A stretch of 64,000 nt of DNA from Azolla caroliniana (taxonomy: Eukaryota > Plantae > Polypodiophyta), in contig JBHGNT010000021.1 of NCBI GenBank assembly GCA_043228905.1, positions 1,364,001 through 1,428,000 on the forward strand, in the 5' to 3' direction. Below are positions 25,601 to 40,600 of this stretch, in pieces. The number at the start of each line of letters is the position of its first letter. The stretch's first letter is position 1. The notes under the pieces were generated by a model that was given only the letters and a program-made list of their open reading frames with translations, did no database searches and was not told the origin of the DNA. A program made the translations under genes and the position numbers.

Positions 25601-28600
25601 TCTGAGCACTAAGGTTCCATGCCATTGCCGGACTCCAGACAAGCTCTGGTGTTTCAGTTGTTTGTTCAAGGGCTGCAACAACAGTTTCCCCTGGGCCATC
25701 ACGGATAGCCGAGACAAGGCCATCTGGGAGGTATTTTGCAAGAGTTATTGCCACTCGGGGTCCGTGCATTGGCTGACCAACAAGCTTTCCCAAAAGGGAT
25801 GCTGCAGCTGCTCTTTGCTGAGGCGGTATTTCCTCTACAACACACAAAGCAAGAGGTTAGCATACTTGAGAAAGTTGCATAATCATGGAATCTATCACTG
25901 ACAGAATCATACCCTGCATAGGAAGCATAAGCTGAAGTATGTAAACAAATCCTCCATGTTTTGCCGTAACCCAAGTTAACTCTGAAGTACTTGCCAATGC
26001 AGACAAAACTCGTAAAGCCCCTGGTCTGCAGGCAGGTGTGCTATGAAGAAGCTTAAGCACAAGCATTAGACTGGAACGATCAGCCACCATGGCTTCAACA
26101 CTAGGAGCATGAGTTGTTAGGATAGAGAAAATATTCAGACATAATTGTGGCACCTCCCCACATGAATTTTTCGAGTCCACAAGGCTTTCAAAAAATGGTA
26201 CTAATTGCTCTTTAGAGCTGAATATTGAAGCAAGGTTTGGAATAGCTATGAGGAGGTTCTGTAAGATTAACAAATAAATCACATGTCTGTCAGTGAAACC
26301 AAGAAGCACTTACCTGAAACTAAATCAAGAACTTGGTCTTTCCACACACCTGAAGTGCTGTAAGCCCAGTTGTAAGGTCCTTTACAAGAATATCTTGAGG
26401 TGACATATCCTCATGAGTCTGAACAAGAGAATTTTCAATTGATTGTTTAGTATCCGTTTGCGATTCACATTCTTGTGATAGTTCAGAACTAGCCTCTTGT
26501 ACATTTGGTTTATCCATTTCAGCTGAGTTTTTCATCATATTCAGTTTTTTCCTCTCCTCTACTAGCTTGCAGATGAATTTCAGAAGAGAGTGACAAAAGA
26601 AATCAGCCTGACCAAGTTCATAATCAGGCTGTTCATTATAAACTCTTAGGTAAACTTCACCCACATGGAGCTCTTTGGAAAGAGATTTATATTCAAATAT
26701 CTGAGCTTCTTTCATTTCATATGAACCATCCGGACACTGCGATGCTCGTTGCTTATCCACAAACTTCAAGAGCTCACCCCGTGTGGATGAATTCCAAATT
26801 ATCTACAAAAAAACAATTATTTACAACACTTTAAATAAGCAATGCTTGAATTTTTTCAGCACCTTGATGAATCATAAATATAACCTCTGGTGTTTCCAAA
26901 TTAGAATTGATGTTGTGAAGAAGCTCCTTCAATGATCCGGAGCTAAGCATGGCTGCTAGCTTTGGGGTTAACAAGGCTTTTAAAGAGTTAGATGCAGTAT
27001 TATTGATTGGTGATGAGGATTCTTCTGTTTGAGAGCCCTGTAATCGGCTAAGAGCCTGTGCTGCAAGATATGCATGCATATTTTTACCAATCTGAACTCG
27101 GCTGCCAACACCATGAGGTTCGCTTGCACTACTTTCTTCTGCTGTTGAATCATATTGCAAAAGAAGAGGGAGAAGATACCTGTATCACAAATAAAGAGAG
27201 AATTCAGAAGAAATTTTGCAAAGAATCACATCAAAAAATTCGAAATAATGGGATTTACCATATAACCCCAGCCTTTAACATGCGATCTTGCAAGTCTTGT
27301 GATAGAGCCAAGTTACTAATAGTCTGAAGTGCAGAGTCAACAGCAACAGGAGCATGCTCAAGTTCGGAGCAATGGACAATGTCTTCAACAAATCCAGGAC
27401 ATCGTAGCATTTCTCTCCAAGCACTTCTAAATTTGCTCAAACAAGCAAATGTGCATACAACATTTGTCACAATCATTGCAGCTGGGTCCGTTCCAGGAGT
27501 GTTAATTTGTACTACATACATGCATCTTGAGAGTAGTGTGGCTAGTAAAGTTATTCCACCATCTCGTACCAATTCCTCACCATTGAGGGAAGAAGATGCA
27601 CACCTGTTGCACATATGAAGAAGCAAATATATGGCAAAGCATGCTAAAACAAGACAATAATCGGATATAAGACTGTATGATTTTTCTTACGTTAACCATA
27701 CAAGCTCTGAAGCTGCAATAAGGAGTGGCACTCTATCTGGAGACAGAAAGTTACTATCATCTGTATTAACTGTTGTGAAGCAGCTGAATAACATTGAGTA
27801 CCCTGCATACTTAAATGGCTCGAGAACACTTCCATAACGTCTATAGAGGATGCATTGGCCTTTTAATAAGAGTAACAACCTCCAGGACTGAGGCCCTTGA
27901 AGACCATGCAAGGTAGCCTAAACATGGAAGTAGTGAGTATTTAAGTTGTCAATCCATCCATGAAAATATGGGCATGTTTCAAGTTATCATATTTTAAAAT
28001 ATCACGAGTATACTTGAGAATTATCAGGTACCTGACTTGAACTTAGAAAATGCCCACTATAGGAAATTCTCAGAATATTCATAATATATACAAATATTTT
28101 ATGCCCCAAATATGAAATTTGTATCGAATTAAAGACAAGTAGGAAGTTCTCCAACCTGCAAGCATTCATAAGCTTTCTGAACAGCCACAAACTTCTCTCT
28201 TCCCTCTGGATTCTTATCTGGATGGAACTTCATTGCAAGCTTCCGATATTGCCTCTTCAGCATTTCCTCATCAACACGGCCAGCCAATGGCTCAGTACAT
28301 TTCCCATCATCTTCAGAAGGATTACAATAATTACCACTCATATCCTCTTCAAATGGTATCTCTAAGATTTTACAAGCTTCCTCCTCAGAAAGGTCCATTG
28401 GCCGTCTTGTCAGTTCTTCACGCCACATTGTAAGCAAGGATTGAAGGAACTCAATATGCTCTACAATGGGCCAATTAGGAAACCTTAGCTCATCACATAA
28501 ATTCCTCAGATAATAACGATGGCACCACATTTCATCCTTAAGTTCTGGGTAAGTAACCGGAGGCATAGGTGCATATTCATATAAAGAATGACAATGTTGA

Positions 28601-31600
28601 GATAGTTTCTGAGTAAAATCTCCAAGATGTTTAAGAACCTATCAAAACAAATATCAAGATATACTAAGCCAAATCCAGTCCTAATCCATATTTGTTAGGT
28701 CTCATTGGGCATTATGCTCTTTTGGAGAACTTAATTATATATTGTTTTCATTCTTTACACCGCATGAAAAACAGAAATAATACCTGATCAATTAGCCTCT
28801 CAGCTCTCATCTTGTGTGTCCATATGATTTCTGGAGTATCCGAGTCAGCAACCATGGCCGCAGCAAAGGCTGCTGGGCCACTCCTTTCCAATACATAAAG
28901 AAGGGACTCTGGCAAAAGACCACCAAGAATGCTACGTTTTGCCAAAGGAAGAGATGAGGACAAGGCTGCTTCTGCTCCTCCATGAAAGGCTTGAAGGGTA
29001 TGTGTAGCCGCAAAAAGGTTAGCAACAGAATTCAGGTTTGATCCAGCATAAGCAAGTAGAAAGTAGAAAGCGCCTGTATTATAAAGCCGGACCATAGCCT
29101 TAGGGTTTCTTGTTACTACAGCCTTCAAAAGTGATGCTGCCCCATCCACAATTGCTGGTTCTCCTGCTAAAATTGACTGCATGCCACATTGCGAATTATT
29201 AATTTTCAAACTTCAAGAAAATACTTTCCAGTTTATACCAAACATTAATCTACTCCACTTCTCTAGAAATACAAACTTACAGGGGAAAAGATGGTCCTAA
29301 TAAAAATTCAATGCATAAGCAAATGGATTCAGTTGCCAAAACTAAAATAGCCATTATCAATGGTCCAAAAGTGCATCTATCTGGCAATTTGAGGATAGAA
29401 ACTTTCCAAGCATATGGTCAGCTAGACAGAAAAGGATAAAAATTAATTTAAAAACCAATATAGAACTACCTAGTATTTATAGATACACGTTGCAACCTTT
29501 CATTAAGAAGATGAACAAGCTTATATACCGTCTAGTAGTTAAACATAACAACCGTCAATATATATGGTGTTATCTAAAACTTATCAATAATGGGAACCAT
29601 CAAAGTGTCATTAAAAGGCATGGTCAGGATGACGCAAGGATGATGAGATTTATACAGTAGAATATATATGCGACAATTGAATCAAAGGATAACACAAGAA
29701 ATATGTCTTAACAAGTAATGTAGTTCGTGTCAGCTTTTGTGATGAGCCAGAAATGAGTTGGATAACGAAAGAAAAATCACCTGTGCAATATGTGGAAGAC
29801 AACGAGAGCTGGACAAAATGCGCTTAACTCGGGGGGTAGGAGTTACAAGTTCACCAGCATCATCTAAATCTGAATGAACATTCACCATACTGTGCAAGAT
29901 AGATAATGCCACTTCTCCAACCTGACAGACAAAGCACAAATCCCTTTTTGTAACACATAACAAATTCACATAATCAACAGTTAATATATTATAAATCAAT
30001 CTGTAGGAAAATAGAAAAAACAGGAAGGAAATGAAACACACACATAATATCATGAAAGAAAAATCTACATTAAAACAACAAAAACATCAGACAAGCAGCG
30101 TGGATTTTCCTGTAAACCATACGCTGGGGGCTCAACTCCGATCCCCATCTTAGGTGTCATTTCACCTCATTAAGAAATAATAATAATAACAAACACTCAA
30201 ACATACAAATGATCTCATAAATGTTGTCACTACAGCACTTTTTCCTCTTTCCAGGGTTGACCAGGAGCATATGGGGAAATAATGAAACTTTAGGGGTATT
30301 TGGGAAATGAAGAAGAACTTAAGAATATTTCTAAGTTTTTTCTGAAAAAAGAGTGGATGAGCAACATGCCTGTGCAGATGTCAGCACTGGAACACGAGAA
30401 GCTAATGCCCAGCGTAATTCACGAATATCACTTAGTTTTTTCCACTCAGTCATGCTGGAAGCCCAGCACTTTGTGTTCCAATCAATTTCTTTCTTTGACC
30501 ATTGCCTTCTAATACCATCTTTTTCCATGGGACCAACCTGTGCACCATCCTTGTTCATATAATGCCATTCTTTTTGTGGTTCCACAAATGCAGTAGATGC
30601 TATAAGATTTGACTGCAGTGGAATTGAAGTTCGTTCAGCAGCCTCGTGCGCTGTTGTCAAAAAGTCAACAGCTAGTACGCAACCTCCTACACACACACAA
30701 GCCTCTGCATTTGAAGATACTTTCATGAGCACCTGTCTCAGAAAAGGTAAAGTTAAGCAAAATAGGATATTGTTGTATACCATAAATGGTCGTTCACCAG
30801 AAATCAAGCTATGGCTACGCAGTTGTTTTATGTAAAACTATAAACACATAGAAAATTTTGAAAGCTTATTTTTCATACACGTGAGATACTCATACTATAA
30901 ACAACAACGCACATACGACATCATTTATTCATAGAAACAACAACTTTTCAACAGAGAGTGTTCACAATTAATATTCATGATACTATTTCTTTCTTGTTTC
31001 CAGGAAGCACAATCCCACATAGTTTGTTTTTATTGTTAATAACCTGCATTACAATCTCATTTAGTGAAAGCCTCAAGCCAACAAGTGTTTCAGCAGATAG
31101 CCCCTATAGTTTTACATTTATTATGTTCTAGTGTTCTTTCTCCTCCTGCTTTATTCCAGTCTTTAAAAAAGCAAACTAAGAAAGATGGTCACCTTCAAGA
31201 GCAACAAAAGTCTATGTCGAAGAGCTCTGTCACTTGTACGATCCAAAAGAACAGTGATATGGGCAGTTCCATCAAAAGGACCAATTGCCAGGTAATGTTG
31301 TTCACAAACAATAGCCATTGCCCTGGCACACAATTCCCTTACAGATGATCCACCTCCACCCCCAAAGCCATCAAGCTTACCGACATCACACCACTGTTCT
31401 GATGTATCCATTTCATCCCAAGTTGCTCCTTCAACAACTAAACCCATGTCCGCATCACATAAAAAGCGATGGTACAATGCCCTGAAAAATGTGGGGGGGT
31501 CTCTAAGAGGGAAGTCCTGAGCCTCACCACCCATTCCACTACCATCTAGGAGAAGCCTGAGATAATACTGACCAACACAGACTTCTTTTGAAAGGCTTGG

Positions 31601-34600
31601 ATACCTGACCCTATACTCCAAGTAATTCCAAGAAAGCTGACTAGAAATTCGTTCTCCATGTTTATCATCAGTTCCATAACTGATGACATTGACATCTTCA
31701 GTGCGTTCCTTCTCCACATTTAGATGGTGAACTTCAGATTTCAATGCTTCTTTTAATTCTTGCCGAGTTCTTTCATTCCAGATTAGATCTGCGCGACTAT
31801 GATCTAGTCCAAATGCCCACCAAAACTGAGGCCAATTACAAAGTAACCGACCAGATCCAACAGAAGTACTTTCCGTCACAACTTGAGCAGGAGCAGGAAC
31901 ATTTAGATAGTTAGAGATGTCATTGTTTGATCCATTTGTGATACCATTGACATTGTTTTGGTTAGATAATGAGGTGGCTGATGATGAAGTATCATGGTCC
32001 AATGGAGCTACCACATCAGCTGTGGGATGGTATTCTAATAAAGTTACAGCTGAGTCCTTATTTAGTGTTTGTGAATTTGATGATACTACATTCTCATGTA
32101 TTACATCTGGAGAAGAGTTTCCCTCTTTTGCATGCACTTGTTTACCACCATTTTTCGTCCGAAACAATTTACCTCTTCTATATTGAAGTATACGTTGTTG
32201 CCTCCGTTTTGCAGAGAATCTTAACTCAGATTCATCCTCTAAGCAATCATCTTCACCGTCTTTCGGGAGTGTATGAAGGTATGCCACTAGACCAGGAGGG
32301 ATTATACGTGAGAGTAGCTCAAGTGCTGGTTTATATGAGTCTGCCCAAAGAGCTACTAGTTGTCTGCTGACCTCACGACGTTCTCCAGATGAGAGGAAAC
32401 AAGCATTTTCTAAATGTCTCAAAAGAGCTCCATCTCGTAAAGCAGCATCTCTCATTGATTCTGCGGCAATTGCATCCTCCTCTGCAATAGTTCGCATAAT
32501 CACTGCAACAGTTTCCCTTACACTTTCTGCAGTATGTCCAAACAGGGAAAATAAGCGCCTCCTTAAACCTGCTACCTGCCTTAAAGTTTCCACAAACGTA
32601 GAATGATCTGTATTCTCACTTTGTGGTTCACAAAGCATTGCCTCCAATACTTCCACCACCGCCATTGACAATAAAGGTGATACAGACACTGATTTCAGCC
32701 GATTCACCAGGATAGTTATATAGGATTGCTGATTGAAAAGGACAGACTTTGCATGCATCAAAGTTGCATGCCTCTCTCCTTTTGAGTTGAGCAGATAAGC
32801 ACTCTCACCAGGTCCACCTCCGATAAGCACAGCAATGAGACTAGCAGCTTCAGTGGCAACACCTTCAGACCCACTTCGTAGCAAGCCCAATACTCGCTGC
32901 ACAGCAGTAGGATTTGAAATAACAACAGAAAATGCAGATGTGGAGGTAAGTAGCCGTCTCAGGCAAGAAGCAAGACCTATTATTGTTGCAGATGCTTTGG
33001 GTGATGGAGGTGGAGGAGGAGGAGCCTCTGGAGGCAAATTTGGTGGAGCAGGAAGCAATGATAGCAATGCCATCAGTGCAACCTCTGGTACTTCAGTGTT
33101 GGATTGTACCCCACTATATGGAACACATGCATTGAATTCCTTGATTCTTCTCCAGAATTTTGCCTTTGATCCATGAATGGAGCCGCCTTCAGCTACCACA
33201 TCCTTGGCAGCTATGACAAGATGTTTTAAATGAAGAGCCTCGCCATCGAGGTCTGCAAATAAGCGGAGAGTAGAAGAATTTGTAGATTGAGATAGTGGTG
33301 GAACTTTGCCACATGGAGGATCAATATAATGACCAGGAAGAGTTAATCTTGGTAAAACAGGTATAGGACGCTGGCCCTGAACATGAGAATTAATATTACA
33401 CATAAATGTTTACTTTCTGTGTAGTATTTCTAGAATTTATCGCTTACCTCCAGTTGTACAACATCCTTTACAGCAGCCAATAAACTGTCACGAGATGTAC
33501 TTGAATATACCTAAAAAAATGTTACCCTCCAGTTATATATCACATACACATGACAGGTCAAGGACATCTAGCTGTTCAGGAGCAATATAAATTAAGCATC
33601 ATGCTAAGATCTGTTAGCTGTTCAGGCACAATGTAAATTAAGCATCATTCTAAAAACAGGATTTTTCATCTGATGAAATTTTTCCTGGCAAAAGGCTCTA
33701 AGAACTCACATGAATCAGACAACCATCGTTGTATTCTATTGCAAACAATTGGGGCTCCTCAACAAATCGAACAAGAGCAGCTACTGAAGATAATGGCCGA
33801 ACACTCACAGCCTGCATCAGCACAAAATCTATAGAAATTGTAATAGGAATGCTTCTGATGTCTCTCTATATCTTTCAAGGACGGAAATATATCCGTCCAT
33901 TGATCTAGCTAGCCCTCTATCTTCAAGATTTATACAATGCTATGACCTTACCTCATAGTTATCTGTTCTGCGTTCTACAATGGATGACTTTGTCAAGATA
34001 AGTTGCCTGTGTACAGAATCACCATGCTCATCTAATCCAGATTTTTCACCATGGAAGAAATGTGTACTGAAGTTGTTAGCAGTGCCACGCCCAGCAGAAC
34101 GAAACCTAATCACAGACCACTCACCATACCGCGTCTCCTCTGCACCCACTGCTACCATAGCTGTTCCATTTCAGAAAAAGTAAATGTAAAACATATCACC
34201 ATTATATAAGGAGAAACACAATTACTCAAAACAAATTGGAGATAAGAACCATGACATATCATGCCTCTTTGCTTCAAGAATTCAATTGGCCCAATTTTTT
34301 GTGACCTATCAATCAATAGCGTCAACCCCAAATGTGTCTTCGCAACATCTGCCTGTCAAATTCCATGAAATTGTCATTAGCACTTTTGAATAAGAATGTA
34401 AGAAGCCATTTATTCAAAGGTCAAATTAATTACCCACAAATCCAACAACAATGATGATGCATCAACCAACAATAAAAAACAGAAGTATTCATATGAACCA
34501 GATCCTAGTTTGAGCCATTTACCCTTTATTTTTATTGACTTACGATTTTTGAGAGGATGGTTGAATTGGACACCCCAAAATCTGGTAAAAATGCTTTACG

Positions 34601-37600
34601 CTTCCTGCCATACATGGGACATAAAACAAATCCGCCTCCTTCAGCACTGTTTCTGCCATAAGCATCCGCAAGAAGTATTATACTGGGAGAATCCATATCC
34701 CGAAAATCTAAACACCATCGCAGATCCCCCGTCTTTTGTTTTCTAACTTCTACTCCAACAACTGTTACCCATAGAGTCTGCACCAGTGATTAGAAATGTT
34801 TATTAATCACATTGTATGCATTAAGCCTAAAGTTAATAACCAGAACAGAGTTCACAAAATAAATGGCTCCTATTTGAGACTAATATTTTGTCATTACATT
34901 TCATAACAGCATTTACTCAAATATAAATATAAAATATGTCTGCAACCACACCATAATGTGTATATAGACCCTTTGCTACAATCGTTTATACAGGTCCTGA
35001 TCACAAACATTCCAAATCCACAAAACCTGCCACTCACTCCAAAGTGTCTCCAGTAATTTGATTTCAACAAGGGACAGCATCAAATTTCTGTACTTCCGAC
35101 CTCTAAATCCCAGGAGGTGGGGAGTCATTGGGAGACCAAATCATATGCAAAGGTGAAAGTTAGAGACCATCATTGGATTGCTATACATCATTGCAAGTAA
35201 TGTTCCTATTGCCACACTCATTTTCATCTCCAAGACCTTTTCTGTTGTTTGTTTGCAGACATCTCTAGGTCCTAAAGTAGTTTACATTTGCAGCTTCCAT
35301 GAGTTGTGCCTCCCAGAGACTCTGGTCATAATTCCTACTATGTTTTTTGAACTCTTATCAATTTCTCCCCCTTTTTTAACGCACCCCATCGCAAACCCCC
35401 TTCTCCAATGCACCTTATCTCCCAGAGACTCTGGTCATAATTCCTACTATGTTTCTTGAACTCTATCAATTTCTCCCCCTTCTCCAACACCCCATCGCAA
35501 ACCCCCCTCTCTCTTTACTGGCTTTCTCAAAGACGAGACAACACTTAAGATGTAATCTCTCGTTTGTTCTTATAGGCCATTTTGGCCTCTTAAAAGAAGT
35601 TAATATATCTTTCTTTCTTCATCGTGCTTGCTTATCCTTTCATTCTCTATCTAATGCTCCCCATGATATTTCTCCATCCTTCCCCCTCTCCGCTTTCTTA
35701 CCCCCATATTCTCTATCTCATGCTTTTCCCACTTTGTTATTTTGCTTTCTTAGTAGTGTTCTTCATCTCATGTGCATGATTGTGCTTTCTGCTCTATTTC
35801 CCTATGTTACTTTTGCACATTTGTCTCAGCTCCATGTCACTATCCCAGAGCCCAGCCACCCAATTTCTGTGCTCTCTTCTACATCTGTCTCTTTTGTCAT
35901 TTCCCCCCTTGCAACTGATGTAACTTTGCATGAAACCATTACCTTATTTGATTTGAAGAAAAATATATATTTCTTACCATGTTCCTCAATGAGTACCAAC
36001 ATACAATATAGGTTTACAACACAGAACTATGCATCTGATTAAAGGGAAATAACATCTGGAAATTTTGGACAGAAACCATTCTAAAAAAAACAAAAAATAC
36101 ATATGCACACATTGCCGCATGAAAACAATTGAGTTTGATAAGCTTTCTATTTGAATCCCTTCTCAAAATGTGCAAGATCATCATCTTTATATACCATTTG
36201 AATAAAAACCCATTACATCTTTACAATTAGCATCGCATGAGACATGTATAGTATTCACATCGTTCATGCTCAGAGGTATGTATGAGTTCATAAAGAGAAC
36301 ACACGATTTTGTACCTCCTATTACAGCAGCATTCATTAAACTTACAAATCACTACATATGAAATTACATAGCATGAGAGAATGAAAATATTTACCAATGG
36401 AGAGTTGGAAGTTTTGCGCCTTATTTGGACAACCTTGAACTCGGCAACAGGGGATGAGGAAATTGATCGACCTGGTGTCTTGCTCCATTTTAGCCTATTA
36501 AGTTCTGTCAAAATTGCCACACGATACCTAGCAGAAACAAATTATGCATCAGAAAAAGTGGTAAGATTTTTAACATCACATTTAAAAACATTTTCCAAAG
36601 AAGTCTGGCTTACACAGTACTCAGAATTTTTATTTTTTAATTTCAACGACATCAAGAACACAAAAAACGGTGTGTCTAGTTTGACTTACAGAATATTCAT
36701 GACACTTACCTAAATTACAATGAAACCAAAGAACAAAGAAGAATTGCATTTTCTAGTATTTGTGAATGCCATGTTTCCTTCCAAAATTATTTGCATGGTA
36801 TCAGAGACAATGCAAATTCAAAAAGATGTTGAATCTCGATTGATGATATCAACACCACTCAGATCAACTCAAGGATGAACCCTGACTCTCAAAACATACA
36901 AATGAAAACCACAGTAGAACATTGGTTGTCACATATAATAAGTTGACAAATGGTTGGCAGCAAGACATAAATCAGAACCCCAAGTAAAATTGATAACAAG
37001 GTAAAATGGAGAGAGCCATTGTTGGTATACTAAAATAAAAGAACACACTACCTCCATGTTTATATTTACATTCCAACCATTCCAGTCGCATGTTGTAAGT
37101 ATAAACACAACCCCCATTCCAATATAGCTTGGATTTTCCACACTTAAACATAACTTAAGTGGAAAAGAATTGAATAATCCAAGCTGATATTATTAAATTG
37201 GATAAGGAAAGGATATGGATCAGCCCCACAACATCTCTTGGTGGGAAGATGGGCCATTTCAAGGCACTCTTTTTACACGTGTCACAGGATGGATTTAATA
37301 TCAGACCTTATATGGATATTCATCTATCTTATGTGTCCCATATGGTGATAAGACAGCTCAAAACCTATTTAGAAATTGAGATAGACAGATGCATGCAAAA
37401 CTCTGGAGCAATGGATCTGCCAATTGTATCATCAGGGGGTGAATCGGAAGAGCACTATGCCTACCGTTGCCTCTTCAAACAAGGGTTTGGCTTGTACTCA
37501 AGGACATGGAATATGAAGACCAATGGTGTTTCGAGTTCTTCTTGATAGAACTCAAGAGACATAGAAAGAAGTTATTCAAGAACAATCAACCATAACCACA

Positions 37601-40600
37601 ATAGCTCATCAACAAAGAACCACAACTTCCTTTAGCTTCATCTCTCCTTCTCATGATTGCCCGCATGATAAGGAGTAAAGCATCGGTGCCCCATGGTATA
37701 ATCCACGTTGAGATAGGAGCATCCCAATAATCATTGAGGATTATTCCAATCAGTGACTGGTATCCAATGGCTTGGGGAGCTCCATAGACAAAGATAGTCA
37801 AGGTTCACACTTATGTCATCAAAATCATTTTCTGAACAAAAGGAAATAATCATTGTTCATATGCTAAAACGCAGTAATGGATCGAGTCGCATGGCAAATT
37901 GTTTGCACTACTGAAATTCCAATAGAGCTTGGATTGTCCCCATTTAACCATAACCAAAGCAGAAAATAATAGGGTGATCCAAACTGATATTATCAATTTG
38001 GACAACAGAAGAACATGGATCAACCCCACAGCATCCCTTGGCAATAAGATTGTCCACTATAAGGCACAGTTTTTACACACATCAGAGGATGGATTTATCA
38101 TCAGGCCCTCTTATATGGTACATCTTCGTATAAGCTGTGTAGGGTGAAAGGGTAGTTGGGGACCTTTTCACATCAATTAGAGATTGAGGTAGGCAGATAT
38201 GCACGCATACCTCTAGACAAGAGTTTGCCAATCGAGTCATCAAGGAGTAGAATCTAAAGAAAACTGTCTGTCAATGTACTATTTTTTATGAAACAAGAGG
38301 ATACCATTGCTTCTTTAACCAAAGCTTTGGCCCACAATGCAAGGTAATGGAATACAAGGACCAATGGTTTCTAGGGTTGTTCTTGCTAGAACTCCAGAAA
38401 TATAGGGAGAAGTTATTGGACAACAAGACAACCACACAAGCTTATCAACAAAGAACAACTTTCTTTAGCCCCATTACTCCTAGAAGTCAATTAAGCGCTA
38501 CACAGGAGGGCTCCTGACCAGTACATTGCAAAGGGGTTACAATAGACCGGGCAATAGGAATTTTTCATGAACAACGTCAGCCCCAGCGACGTGGATGAAG
38601 ATCACACCACCCTAGTCATCAACGAAAAGGCCATAATCTCCCGCCATCACAAGTGCTTCATGCGCTTCAAAGATCTCTCCAATTTGGATTGGCCTATGCT
38701 AGAGATCTTTCAAAGACAAAAATTCTATCTATCTGGCTTGAGAATCTTACATGTATTGATAACAAGATTTTTTAGTCACCTTTTTATTTTATCTTATTCT
38801 TCACTTATTTACATTTATTTTTGTTTGTTTTCATAGACCATTTATTTTAGTTTTTTTACATTTACATAGATATTATTTCTGTTCGGTTTCATAGACCACT
38901 TTGACCTCTTAAAAGACATTAATATATCTTACTTTCTTTTGCTCACGTGGTACACCAGTATACCTACCTATATCTATCTCCAGCTGATGTATGCGGTGCA
39001 AATATGTCCAATGGTGCACCTCATCTGCGTAGTATAAATCCATCCTTAGTGATGTTGATAGGATGGTCTACATAGATGGCCATCTTTGTACATAATTCCT
39101 ACAAAGGTTCAATCTATGTCCTAGACTCTAGCTGAATGAGATATTTTTGGTGATTTTGCTAATCTCTAAATGAGTGAGTATAAGAGCTAGTGCATCCTAG
39201 CAGAATTGGTAGGGAAGTAATATTTAACGTTGAAACTATGATGACGAAACCCAAACCATGATGTGATTTAGGTATACCAAGAGCTAGCGCATCCAAAGAG
39301 TATTGGAATCTTGAAACTATGGTGACGGAACCCAAACCACGATGCAGTTTGGGCATACCACCATGAAGTGTCTCACTCACTAGTCTAGAGGACTCTAAGG
39401 TCACAATGGTATATCTGTTCCACCTTACTAGAGCCCCTACAACCATGTATAAAAGAATTAATAAACTTTCCTGGTCCATCCCTCAAGAATATATAGTGAG
39501 AAAGAAAGAAAGACATATTAATGTCTTTTAAGAGGCCAACATGGCCTATAAGACCAAATAAGAGATTGCATCTTAAAATGTTGTCTTGTCTTCGGGAACA
39601 ACAAAGCAAAATAAATGTAACTAAGTAAAAAAGTAAATAGAAATAGAATAGGAAGTGACTAAAGAATCTCCTCATCTATACATGTAAGATTCTCAAGTCA
39701 GATATAGTGGGTATATGTGTATATATCCAAGCGCGAACCAAAAAAGAGCAGGAAAGATTCACAACATTTCATTGAATAGGAGTGTTGAAGTACAAAAAGA
39801 ACAAGTGGAAAATTCCAGTGACTTCCCTTACTATGCCTCTCAATTCAAAAGATACTCTATCTCTCTTCGTCCTCTATATGTTAGCTTGCCTTTTTAAAAT
39901 GATGTATTATTGCACAAAGTTTTATCCCAGGGTTATCATTAGCATACTAAATATGAATGGTGATTGGATAGAGCTAACCATCAAGACTCAACTGCATTGT
40001 TTGAGCAAAGTTTGACTGTATGCCTCTCATCCAAACTGTAGCTTTCATACCAATCAAGCATCCACAAAGGTAAGCAGACAGGTCACAGTGACATCAAATT
40101 TATGGCTGATAACAGGCTGGCTCATGCAAAATACAGATATATAACCAAATATATTCCATTCTCAAATCAATTTGAATGAATTTATTCTCAATAAAATATT
40201 GGCATCAGACTTGAAAGTCATCTAATTACTTAATATTGAAGATTCATTGGCAATGAAAAATTGCCTAAGGACATTTTATCTTCCACTGAAAGATATATGC
40301 AATGTTTGTCAAGGGAACTTTGCTATTCCGCTTAAAACCAAGCAAGTGGACTTGGGCACTGGTATTATTATTATCTTGCTTAAAACTCAGTAAGGGCAAG
40401 TGGATTTGAGACTTAATATTATTAGGTTTTAAAACTAAGAAAGAGCAACTGGGCTTCAGTCTTGATGATATCCAGCTTAAAGCTAAGAAAGAGACATTAT
40501 CCTAAATGATATTATTATCCAGCTTAAAATTGAGCAAAAGAGAACCTTGATATCATTCCTGCCTATCATGCAATCTATATGAGGAACAAGTTGTATGGAT

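Noticed and set aside
31917-33176. Plus-strand ORFs (31917, 31969, 32835; similarly 25515, 27379, 40711)
   Set aside because: They are antisense shadows of GRV2 exons with no independent evidence.
35449-36042. 197-aa plus-strand ORF in GRV2 intron 2
   Set aside because: It is low-complexity CT-rich sequence spanning a tandem duplication and a repeat fragment, with no domain.
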